From the NCBI GenBank assembly GCA_965552135.1, contig CBEVQY010000001.1, positions 96,001 through 160,000 on the forward strand: a DNA stretch of 64,000 nucleotides. Direction: 5' to 3'. Shown in pieces: positions 11,164-19,398 of the stretch; position 1 is the first letter of the stretch; the number at the start of each line of letters is the position of its first letter. This DNA is from an uncultured bacterium. GTDB taxonomy: Bacteria; UBP14; UBA6098; B30-G16. The notes beneath the pieces were generated by a model, which saw only the letters and a program-made list of their open reading frames with translations, was not told the origin of the DNA and did not search any database. A program made the translations under genes and the position numbers.

Positions 11164-11739
11164 ATGAAGAGCATCAAGGGCACGAGGACCGAGAAGAACC
11201 TTCTCGCCGCTTTTGCCGGTGAGTCGCAGGCGAGGAACAGATACACCTACTTCGCCTCGCAGGCGCGCAAGGAGGGTTACATCCAGATATCCCGCATCTT
11301 CGAGGAGACCGCCGACAACGAGAAGGAACACGCCAAAAGACTCTTTAAATTCCTCGAGGGCGGCGAGGTGGAGATAGTCGCTTCTTTCCCGGCGGGGGTG
11401 ATAGGGAACACTGCCGAGAACCTCAGGGCGGCAGCGGCAGGCGAAAACTACGAGCACACAAGGATGTACCCGGAGTTCGCGAGGGTGGCGGAGGAGGAGG
11501 GTTTTGCGGAGATCGCAGCGGTCTTCAGAGCCATCGCGGTCGCCGAGAGGCAACACGAAAAGAGGTTCTTGGGTCTTCTTGCGAACGTCGAAAGCGGCAC
11601 GGTCTTCAGGAAGGAGAGGTCCGTTCGGTGGAAGTGCGGCAACTGCGGCTACATCCACGAGGGGACGGAAGCACCCAAAGAATGCCCTGCATGCGCGCAC
11701 CCTCAAGCCTACTTCGAGCTTCTGTGCGAAAACTGGTAG
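11164..11739 (+). CDS. rbr: Rubrerythrin
   Basis: [22 protein letters not shown] and C-terminal CGNCGY...CPAC. Confidence 0.97.
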   Translation: MKSIKGTRTEKNLLAAFAGESQARNRYTYFASQARKEGYIQISRIFEETADNEKEHAKRLFKFLEGGEVEIVASFPAGVIGNTAENLRAAAAGENYEHTRMYPEFARVAEEEGFAEIAAVFRAIAVAERQHEKRFLGLLANVESGTVFRKERSVRWKCGNCGYIHEGTEAPKECPACAHPQAYFELLCENW

Positions 11740-11746
11740 ACCTAAA

Positions 11747-11773
11747 CAGGGGGAGCCCACCGGGTTTCCCCTG
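11747..11773. terminator. GC-rich hairpin between convergent rbr and Kelch genes
   Basis: CAGGGGGAGCCC-ACC-GGGTTTCCCCTG forms a 12-bp stem with G-U pairs; no U-tract. Confidence 0.6.
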
Positions 11774-13255
11774 CTAATCCTTCCAGAACCAGTAGAAGAA
11801 CACGGCGTTAGACGGATCGTATTTTTCGTTTACGGCAGTTCTGCCGCCTTCGCCGTAGCCGCCTATCGCGTAGATGCCGCCTCCCACGCTTATGACGCAC
11901 AATCCACGCCGCGCCGTGGGCAGGGGGCTTTCCGAACTCCACGAATCCGTCGACGGGTCGTAGCAGTAGTTAATGTCCAACGGGTCGCCCTCCGACAAGC
12001 CGCCGATGACGTAAATCTTTCCGCCCAATTCAGCAGCGCCCGACTGGGAGCACGGGACGGGTAGCGGGGCCTTTACAGTCCAGCTGTCGGTGGTGGGGTC
12101 GTACTCCTCGTTGGCGCCGACTTCACCGCTTGCGCTCTCGCCGCCTATTACGTATATCTTTCCCCCGCACGCGGCGGCAGTCAGGTAGTATCTTGCTGTT
12201 GGCGCGCTCGCCCTCGTGGCCCACGAGTCGGATGACGGGTCGTACTCCTCGGTTATGGCAAGATAGCCCGTGGAACTTGCGCCGCCGAAGACGTAAATCT
12301 TCCCTTCCGCTGTGTCGGCGGCTACGCCCAAACGGGCTGTGGGCATCGAGGTCTTCGATGTCCAACTGTCCGTTGAGGGATCGTATTCCTCGTTGCGGTT
12401 GCTGTAAGAGCCGTCGTCTCCTCCCAGGGCGTATATCTTGCCGCCCACGGCTGCAGCGGCGAACCTGCAGTTGGGGGAAAGCATGACGCAGGCCGTCGTC
12501 CAACTGTTTGTGGCGGGGTCGTAGCATTCATTAGTGCCTACTGTAGTGGTGGTTCTTCCGCCCATGATGTAGATCTTTCCATCGACGGCTGCATAGCCGA
12601 ACCAATACCGGGCTGTGGGCATGTTGGCTTTCCTTTCCCAGCCGCCGTAGGCCTGGTAAAACCCGGCGTAGGTCCAGCCGGGACGCGGCGTGCGATCCTT
12701 AAAGGGTTTGAGGACGCCGCTTGGGCAGCAGTCGCCGAGAGCGGTTGAGGATACGGAGAGGGGGCTGTCCTGCGTTCCTGCACCAGACAGCGTGGAGTCG
12801 TGCCGAACGACGTAATAGTCGGCGGTGTCGGAGTAGACCGATCTCATCGAAAAGAGAACCGGCACGATCTTCTCCCTCGGGGTGAGCAACTCGTCCTCGG
12901 GGTCGGAGAGGTCGCAATCGTCGTTGCCGTCCACCATGAGCTGGACGTAGTACGGGCGGCCAAATTTGAGGGAATCGCCACCGTTTGCGGAAAGGTCAAG
13001 CCTTACGTCGAAATAGCCACTTACTATCCGCACGCAGAGCGTGTCCGCCCAAAGGAGGTTAGAGTCGGCATCTGTGATGAAGAAACCGAGGAGCCTGCCC
13101 GCGCACCCACAGCCCGAATCGGTCGTGTCGGTTATAACGTGGCCATCTGCGTCCGCAAGCCTCCCCTGATAGGCCATCGTCCGGGGAAGTTGCGCAAAGG
13201 CCGAGGTCACGAAAAGCAAAAGAATACTCCCAAACGCGGTTCTTCCGTAAGTCAT
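11774..13255 (-). CDS. Secreted protein: conserved fibre-like N-terminal module + Kelch beta-propeller
   Basis: Signal peptide ...TSAFA|QLPRTMAYQGRL; six Kelch repeats (GKIYxxGG...EEYDP..DSW...MPTAR); SD GAGGGAGG upstream of ATG 13255. Confidence 0.85.
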   Translation of the reverse strand: MTYGRTAFGSILLLFVTSAFAQLPRTMAYQGRLADADGHVITDTTDSGCGCAGRLLGFFITDADSNLLWADTLCVRIVSGYFDVRLDLSANGGDSLKFGRPYYVQLMVDGNDDCDLSDPEDELLTPREKIVPVLFSMRSVYSDTADYYVVRHDSTLSGAGTQDSPLSVSSTALGDCCPSGVLKPFKDRTPRPGWTYAGFYQAYGGWERKANMPTARYWFGYAAVDGKIYIMGGRTTTTVGTNECYDPATNSWTTACVMLSPNCRFAAAAVGGKIYALGGDDGSYSNRNEEYDPSTDSWTSKTSMPTARLGVAADTAEGKIYVFGGASSTGYLAITEEYDPSSDSWATRASAPTARYYLTAAACGGKIYVIGGESASGEVGANEEYDPTTDSWTVKAPLPVPCSQSGAAELGGKIYVIGGLSEGDPLDINYCYDPSTDSWSSESPLPTARRGLCVISVGGGIYAIGGYGEGGRTAVNEKYDPSNAVFFYWFWKD

Positions 13256-13274
13256 AAATTGAAGACCTCCCTCT

Positions 13275-14126
13275 TCAGTTTTCCAAAACACAGCAACGGT
13301 AACGGTGTTTGTAATCTTCTTCGCTGTGGCTGGATAGAGCGTCGCAGCTGTCGCGCCTGCAGTAATAAGCATCATTTGACGTAGAGCGCATCATGTTTAC
13401 CCAAAAGTCTTTGCTGCTTTCGTGAGTTGTTCTCGAGTATGCTATGTATTCGAACTGGTCGCACAGTCTTCCGCCGATTGAGAGGCATCTGTGCACGGCT
13501 GCGTGCCAGGTTGTGGCGGGGAAGGGGCTGCTTATGCATTCGTATTGGGCCACCGACAGCGTGTCGGGCAATGTGTCTACATAGACCTCTGTCCAGGAGA
13601 TCGTTCCGCCGAACGTGGGGAGATCAGAGCAGGATGAGGGCGCAGATTGGGAGCCTGAGGGCGCATAATCCGCTGTGTCGGCGTATATCGCTCGGTAGGC
13701 GTAGGATACGGGCGCCAGCTTTTCGCGCGGCACAAGTATCTGGTCGGTCGCGTCGTTGAGGTCGCCGTCGTCGTTGTGGTCCACCATTATCTGTATGTAG
13801 TAAGGCAGGTTGAACCTCAACGTGTCGCCGCCGTTTGTGGAAAGATCGAGCTGAACATCGAAATATCCGTTCACGATGGGAACGCAAACGGTGTCGGTCC
13901 AGAGGGTGTTCGAGTCGGTATCGGATATAAAGAAGCCGAGAACTCTTCCTGCGCAGCCTGATCCCGAGTCGGTTGTATCCGTTATGGGTGCACCTGAGGC
14001 GTCGGCCAGCATCCCCTGGTAGTTCATTATCCGCGGGACCTGCGCGAAGGTCAGCGCGGTCAAAACCGCCGCCAAGACCCAAAACGTTCCAAGGAGCCAC
14101 CACGTCTTGATCAAACGCATCGCCAT
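13275..14126 (-). CDS. Secreted protein: paralogous N-terminal module + C-type-lectin/FGE-like C-terminal domain
   Basis: Signal peptide ...LTFA|QVPRIMNYQGML; C-terminus TWHAAVHRCLSIGGRLC...FWV...YRCC. Confidence 0.75.
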   Translation of the reverse strand: MAMRLIKTWWLLGTFWVLAAVLTALTFAQVPRIMNYQGMLADASGAPITDTTDSGSGCAGRVLGFFISDTDSNTLWTDTVCVPIVNGYFDVQLDLSTNGGDTLRFNLPYYIQIMVDHNDDGDLNDATDQILVPREKLAPVSYAYRAIYADTADYAPSGSQSAPSSCSDLPTFGGTISWTEVYVDTLPDTLSVAQYECISSPFPATTWHAAVHRCLSIGGRLCDQFEYIAYSRTTHESSKDFWVNMMRSTSNDAYYCRRDSCDALSSHSEEDYKHRYRCCVLEN

Positions 14127-14151
14127 CCCCTCCCGTTTTTATGTTTAAGCG

Positions 14152-14985
14152 CTAAGACTGTGGCTTGAAGGGGCTTGCCTTCTCCCACATCGCCTCGAAG
14201 GCTATGATCAAAAGCTTCACGAGCTGCTTGTTTTGTATCAGTATCACCTTGCAGCTTTCGAGGTCGCCTTCGTCGTGGATTTCGAGCAGTGCGGCGAAGT
14301 CGTCGTATATGGTGAACTCAACATCGACTGTAGGCACGTGGCGGCAGGCTATCCCCTCTTCCTCTTCTATTTTGCCGATCAGTTCGACGAACTCGGGTAC
14401 CTCAGCCAACCTCGACTCGCAGATCAGCCTAAACTCGACGGGTGCAGGCTCGAGGGGAGGAGCTTGGGCTTGGGCTTGATCCTCTATTGCCTGGAGGTCA
14501 TCGCTCGACACGAAGGGAACCCTGGCAACGACTCTTACGCTTTTCCTCACCCTGCTTCTTATCCTTGCCATCACGTCGACCACGGTCTTCATGCCTTTGA
14601 GGACGACGATATCGCGTCCCAGGTCGAACCCACCGGGGTAGACGTTTCTGTAAAGCTCCTCCGCTTGCTCCAGGAAAGCCGAGAACTGTTGGGGCAGCTC
14701 CTCCCTGAGCTTCTCTATTTCGGAAAGCTTTCTTTGGAAGAGTTCGCTTAAGGCCTTTCGGGGAGGTAGGGCGGCAAACCTCAAGGGCTTTTTCACTACC
14801 TCGGCGACAAGCCCCTTGTCGACCAAACTGCGCAGCACGTTGTAGACCGTGGGTCGGCTGAGTCCCGATTTCCTCGAGACCTCATCTGCGGTGGCCTCAC
14901 CAAACGAAAGGAGCGCAACGTACACCTCGGCCTCGTTCCGAGTAAGCCCCAAACGCTCGAGAAATTCTGCGATCATAGTTGTCAT
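14152..14985 (-). CDS. TrmB family transcriptional regulator
   Basis: LGLTRNEAEVYVALL...SGLSRPTVYNVLRSLVDKGLV wHTH plus a PLD-like C-terminal effector domain ending FEAMWEKA. Confidence 0.9.
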   Translation of the reverse strand: MTTMIAEFLERLGLTRNEAEVYVALLSFGEATADEVSRKSGLSRPTVYNVLRSLVDKGLVAEVVKKPLRFAALPPRKALSELFQRKLSEIEKLREELPQQFSAFLEQAEELYRNVYPGGFDLGRDIVVLKGMKTVVDVMARIRSRVRKSVRVVARVPFVSSDDLQAIEDQAQAQAPPLEPAPVEFRLICESRLAEVPEFVELIGKIEEEEGIACRHVPTVDVEFTIYDDFAALLEIHDEGDLESCKVILIQNKQLVKLLIIAFEAMWEKASPFKPQS

Positions 14986-15029
14986 AAAGCCTTTATGATA
15001 AAAATACCTTTGTAAACAAAGGACGTCAA
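14982..15029 (-). promoter_or_regulatory. sigma70-like promoter of the TrmB gene with two palindromic operator candidates
   Basis: Minus strand TTGACG-17 bp-TATTTT. The spacer holds CCTTTGT-AA-ACAAAGG (15007-15022); a second palindrome TCATAAAG-C-CTTTATGA (14982-14998) covers the start codon. Confidence 0.6.
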
Positions 15030-15055
15030 GCATTTTTTACAACAGGTTAACCAAT

Positions 15056-15214
15056 CTACTTCGTTGCGCCTTTTCGCGGCGTGAGCACAGTGAGGCGCTT
15101 TCTTCCCTTGGCGCGGCGGCGCGCTAAAACCTTCCTTCCGTTTTTGGTGCGCATACGGGCGCGAAAGCCGTGTTTGCGGCGGCGCCTTAGGTTCTTTATC
15201 GTCGTTATCCGCAT
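15056..15214 (-). CDS. rpmH: 50S ribosomal protein L34
   Basis: [40 protein letters not shown] upstream of ATG 15214. Confidence 0.95.
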   Translation of the reverse strand: MRITTIKNLRRRRKHGFRARMRTKNGRKVLARRRAKGRKRLTVLTPRKGATK

Positions 15215-15287
15215 GCCAGCACCTCCACCATCGGCGTAGAAACTATCCCCGCGGGGGTGATATGTCAAGTGCAAATGCAAAAAAGTC

Positions 15288-15317
15288 TTGCCAAAGCGAA
15301 AAAGAGTCCCATATAAT
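15288..15317 (+). promoter_or_regulatory. sigma70-like promoter for cmk-rpsA
   Basis: TTGCCA-18 bp-TATAAT, ending 11 nt upstream of the cmk ATG. Confidence 0.55.
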
Positions 15318-15328
15318 TTCCAACGCCT

Positions 15329-16006
15329 ATGGGGCGGATACGAGTGGCGATAGACGGTCCTGCGGGAGCAGGCAAAAGCACTGCGGCGAGGATGTTGGCT
15401 GAGAGGGTTGGATACAGATACGTCGACACGGGGGCGATGTACCGCGCGCTGACGCTTCTTGCGCTGAGGGAGGGCATCCCCTGGGACGACGAGGATGCGC
15501 TCGTCGAGCTTCTCGACCGCCACCGGATCGACCAGCGCGGCGCGAAAACCTTCGTCGACGGCGAGGACGTAAGCAGCCAGATACGTACCAACAAGGTCAG
15601 CCGGGCGGTGTCGGTGGTTTGCCGGCACAGGAAGGTCCGGGAGAGGATGGTCGAGCTTCAGCGCAGGCTCGCCCAAGACGGCGGCGTCGTTATGGACGGA
15701 AGAGACATAGGCACCGTTGTGCTTCCTGACGCCGAGCTTAAGATCTTCCTCGTCGCCTCGGTCGAGGAGCGCGCCAAAAGAAGGCTTAAGGACCTTATCG
15801 CGATGGGGAAACCCCTACCCCTCGATGAGGTGATGCAAAACATCATAAACCGCGACAGACTCGACAGCACCCGGAAGGTCGCTCCGCTTCGAAAAGCCCC
15901 CGACGCCATCGTCATCGACAACTCGAATCTGCCCATAGACGAGGAGATCGAGCTTCTTGTGAAGCTTTTGAAGGAAAAGGAGGAGGAACACAACGGCAGG
16001 CATTGA
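15329..16006 (+). CDS. cmk: Cytidylate kinase
   Basis: [27 protein letters not shown]. Confidence 0.97.
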   Translation: MGRIRVAIDGPAGAGKSTAARMLAERVGYRYVDTGAMYRALTLLALREGIPWDDEDALVELLDRHRIDQRGAKTFVDGEDVSSQIRTNKVSRAVSVVCRHRKVRERMVELQRRLAQDGGVVMDGRDIGTVVLPDAELKIFLVASVEERAKRRLKDLIAMGKPLPLDEVMQNIINRDRLDSTRKVAPLRKAPDAIVIDNSNLPIDEEIELLVKLLKEKEEEHNGRH

Positions 16007-16057
16007 CAACAGACGCTCCTGTGGAGCGCTTATCCTACGAAGTAAGGGGGGATTTGC

Positions 16058-17848
16058 ATGCAGGAGGTAAAACCAAAAGCCGACGATTTTGCGGTGTTGG
16101 TTCTTGAGCCCGAAAGGGACGTCGATGAGGGCGAGGTTTTGATCGCCGAAGGCGACGTTGAGGAGGAGACGTCGCATGTTGAGTTTGAGCAGCTTGAGCG
16201 CGACAGGGAGTTCTACACCCGCGGGAGCGCCATCCTCCGGGAAGGGGAGATAGTTAAGGGCAAGATAGTTGCCGTCCGCGGCGCCGACGTGATGGTCGAT
16301 ATCGGCTTCAAGTCGGAGGGGATCGTTCCCATCGAGGAGTTCGGCGACCAAAAGCCCGAGCCCGGCCAGGAGATCGAGGTCTTCCTCGAGGCGCTCGAGG
16401 ACGAAAACGGACAGCTTGTGATATCGAAAAAGCGCGCCGACTTCATAAGGGTGTGGGACACCATACGCGAGGCATACGAAACCAAACGACCCCTCAAGGG
16501 CAAGATCAAAAAGCGCATAAAGGGCGGCATGGTCGTTGACCTTTTGGGGGTCGATGCCTTTCTGCCCGGCTCTCAGATAGCGCTGCGACCCGTACCAAAC
16601 TTCGACGCCCTCGTGGGCGAGGAGATGGAGTTTAGGGTGATAAAGATAAACAAGATGCGGCGCAACATCGTGGTCTCGCGCAGGATCATCCTCGAGGAGG
16701 AGCGCGAAAAGCAGCGACAGGAGCTTCTGCGAACCATCCAGGAAGGACAGATACGCGAGGGCGTCGTCAAAAACATAACCGACTTCGGCGTGTTCATCGA
16801 CCTTGGGGGGATGGACGGGCTTCTGCACATAACCGATATGTCGTGGACGAGGATCAACCACCCCTCCGAGATGGTGAAGATAGGCGACAGGATAAAGGTC
16901 AAGATCCTCAAGTACGACCGCGAGAAGCAGCGCATATCGCTTGGGCTCAAGCAGCTTACGCCCTCGCCCTGGGAGAACATCGACCAGCGCTTCCCCATAG
17001 GCTCAAGGGTTGTGGGGAAGGTTGTGAGCCTCACCAAGTACGGCGCCTTCGTCCGACTCGCCGAGGGAATAGAGGGACTCATCCACGTCTCCGAGATGTC
17101 GTGGACGAAGCGCATAAACCACCCATCAGAGATCCTCGAGGTTGGTCAAGAAGTCGAGTGCATGGTCATCGATATCGACAAGGAGAACCACAAGATATCC
17201 CTGAGCATAAAGCAGCTCGAGCCTGATCCCTGGCAGGTTGCAGCCCAAAAGTATCCGCCCGGCACAATTGTCTCGGGAACGGTGCGCAACATAACCACCT
17301 TCGGCGTCTTCGTCGAGATATCGGAGGGGATAGAGGGGCTCATCCACATCTCCGACATCTCCTGGACCAAGCGCGTCAACCACCCCAGCGAGTTCTTCAA
17401 GCGCGGTCAGAAGATAGAGGCTGTCGTGAAGGAGGTCGATCCCGAGAACCACAGGCTTTCCTTAAGCTACAAGGACCTCGAGCCGAATCCGTGGCCGGAG
17501 CTTGGTCGCAAGTACTGCGTTGGCGCCGAAACCGAGGGCAAGATCATCCACATGACCGACAGGGGCGTCATCGTTGAGCTTCCCGACGGCGTCGAGGGCT
17601 TTGTGCCCGTAACCCAGCTCGGCAAGCGCGTCGACAGACCTCACGAAGCCTTCAACGAAGGCGATATACTGCCCCTCAAGGTGATCGAATCCGACCCCGA
17701 CGACCGAAGGATAGTCCTTTCGGTCAACGCGTACTTCGAGAGCCGCGAAAAAGCTGATCTTGAGAGGTACCTTGCGGCTCACCCGACCAAGACGGTGCAG
17801 CTCAGCGAGATAGCACGCGTGCAGAAAAGGTCTGAGGAAAACAAATAA
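16058..17848 (+). CDS. rpsA: 30S ribosomal protein S1
   Basis: Six S1 domains (FGVFIDLGGMDGLLHITDMSW etc.); follows cmk. Confidence 0.97.
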   Translation: MQEVKPKADDFAVLVLEPERDVDEGEVLIAEGDVEEETSHVEFEQLERDREFYTRGSAILREGEIVKGKIVAVRGADVMVDIGFKSEGIVPIEEFGDQKPEPGQEIEVFLEALEDENGQLVISKKRADFIRVWDTIREAYETKRPLKGKIKKRIKGGMVVDLLGVDAFLPGSQIALRPVPNFDALVGEEMEFRVIKINKMRRNIVVSRRIILEEEREKQRQELLRTIQEGQIREGVVKNITDFGVFIDLGGMDGLLHITDMSWTRINHPSEMVKIGDRIKVKILKYDREKQRISLGLKQLTPSPWENIDQRFPIGSRVVGKVVSLTKYGAFVRLAEGIEGLIHVSEMSWTKRINHPSEILEVGQEVECMVIDIDKENHKISLSIKQLEPDPWQVAAQKYPPGTIVSGTVRNITTFGVFVEISEGIEGLIHISDISWTKRVNHPSEFFKRGQKIEAVVKEVDPENHRLSLSYKDLEPNPWPELGRKYCVGAETEGKIIHMTDRGVIVELPDGVEGFVPVTQLGKRVDRPHEAFNEGDILPLKVIESDPDDRRIVLSVNAYFESREKADLERYLAAHPTKTVQLSEIARVQKRSEENK

Positions 17849-17861
17849 GAGGTGAGGTGAT

Positions 17862-18194
17862 ATGCCCTACAAGAAGCACAGGACGGTTTTTAAGCGTTTG
17901 CGCCAGAACCTTAGGCGCCGCGAGCGGAACAGGATCATCCGCGGCTCCGTGCGAGCTGTGCTCAGGGCGATAAGGACGCAAAAGACCCTCGACGATGTCC
18001 TCGCAAGGCTGGCTTGGAACATAAAGGGCGAGGACCAGATGGACGTGCTTAGGAAAGCCTGCGCCAGGATGTACTCTGTGGTCGACAAGGCGCTCAAGAA
18101 AGGTGTCATCCACAGGAACAAGGCGGCGCGGCACAAGTCACAGATCGCCCGCTGGATGCAGGATATGTCCCAAAGGCTGGCGCAGCAGCAGTAG
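17862..18194 (+). CDS. rpsT: 30S ribosomal protein S20 (elongated)
   Basis: KRLRQNLRRRERNR and DKALKKGVIHRNKAARHKS. Confidence 0.88.
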   Translation: MPYKKHRTVFKRLRQNLRRRERNRIIRGSVRAVLRAIRTQKTLDDVLARLAWNIKGEDQMDVLRKACARMYSVVDKALKKGVIHRNKAARHKSQIARWMQDMSQRLAQQQ

Positions 18195-18230
18195 AGCCTC
18201 GCCTTTGGCGCAAAACCGAGGGGGTGGATC

Positions 18231-19259
18231 ATGAGGCGTTTTTTAAGCGTTGCGGTGCTTTTGCTTCCGCTTATCGCCTTCTGGGGTTGCGCAAGCGAAG
18301 AGGGCGGAGGCGGAGGAGGCGGTGGTGAACCCACCGCCGCAGGACCACACAGGATCGATGCCTGCGTCATCCTCCTTCCCGACTCCGCGCAGGCGCTCGC
18401 GTTCGGCGGATGCTACGAAGAGATCTCCGAATCCTACTGGGAGGTGCCGTCGGAGTATTCCTTCACCGTAAACGGTGTCGAGCTTGCCGACCCCTGCGAG
18501 ATGCACTGGACGAGCTGGCTGCTTGAGGGCAGGCTGTCGCTCGCGCCTGGGGATATGGTCGTCTTCACCGCCGAAGCCGATGGACACACATACACCGACT
18601 CAACAACGGTCCCCGACTGCGATGTGACCGCAATGTTCTTCTGCGATCTGCCCGACCCCGAGCCGATAGGCGATACACTCGTCTCCAACGACATAACGGT
18701 GAACTGGAACGTAGAGGGCGATCTTCCAAACGGGATTTATATAACCTGCTTTTCGCCCGAAAGCCCGATGCAGGGCATAATGGAGAGCGGCGCCTACCTC
18801 GACCTCGAGGACGCAAGCGGCAGCGAGTTCTTCGACTGGGACGGAAGCGGTCCTCACACAATAAGGCTTTGCGCAACGAACTACACGAAGTTCAACGACG
18901 ACCTCGACGAATCGTACTGGAGCGAAGACTTCAACGCCCTTGTGGTTCAGCGCTGTTTCGACTTCCACGTCTTCCTCGGCGTGCGCGTTTGGGTCGAGGG
19001 CGATACGATCTTCTGGTCGCCCCAGTACGCTATGAAGGAGCTCGAGGTCTCCGACGGTTCGACGACCCTTTGGCGCATAACATCTGAGGGGGGCTTTGAG
19101 TCGCCTGTGGTTTACGGCGTCGTTCCCGAGGGCGCTGTGCAGGAGGTGCCGTCGTCGGGCGATCCGCAGCCGCTTGCCGAGGGAACGCAGTACACCGTCA
19201 CCGTCGAGGACCGCGCCAACGACGTCGAGGGCGAAGTCGAGTTCGAGTACGGCGGCTAA
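18231..19259 (+). CDS. Acidic lipoprotein of unknown function
   Basis: Lipobox FWGC, poly-Gly linker, beta-rich acidic body. Confidence 0.75.
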   Translation: MRRFLSVAVLLLPLIAFWGCASEEGGGGGGGGEPTAAGPHRIDACVILLPDSAQALAFGGCYEEISESYWEVPSEYSFTVNGVELADPCEMHWTSWLLEGRLSLAPGDMVVFTAEADGHTYTDSTTVPDCDVTAMFFCDLPDPEPIGDTLVSNDITVNWNVEGDLPNGIYITCFSPESPMQGIMESGAYLDLEDASGSEFFDWDGSGPHTIRLCATNYTKFNDDLDESYWSEDFNALVVQRCFDFHVFLGVRVWVEGDTIFWSPQYAMKELEVSDGSTTLWRITSEGGFESPVVYGVVPEGAVQEVPSSGDPQPLAEGTQYTVTVEDRANDVEGEVEFEYGG

Positions 19260-19260
19260 C

Positions 19261-19390
19261 GCAGCCGAGTCGGCGCCACCCGCACAAAGCCGCAGCCCAG
19301 ATGAGGCGGTCCGAGCCCGGACAGGGTGGTCCGAGCCTGCAGGTCAAGGCGGGCGAGCGCGCTGTGGGTGGAGGGCATAGGCTCGGCTGT
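19261..19390. other. Long imperfect hairpin with internal direct repeats in a convergent intergenic region
   Basis: GCAGCCGAGTC (19261) pairs with GGCTCGGCTGT (19380-19390); CCACCCGCA pairs with TGTGGGTGG; GGTCCGAGCC occurs twice 20 nt apart. Confidence 0.5.
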
Positions 19391-19398
19391 GCCCAGGC

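Noticed and set aside
11774..14126. Complete diversity-generating retroelement
   Set aside because: No reverse transcriptase, Avd or template repeat in the window.
19261..19390. SRP RNA or 6S RNA
   Set aside because: No SRP domain IV motif (CAGG..GRAA..AGCA) on either strand, and shorter than typical 6S; kept only as an unexplained hairpin.
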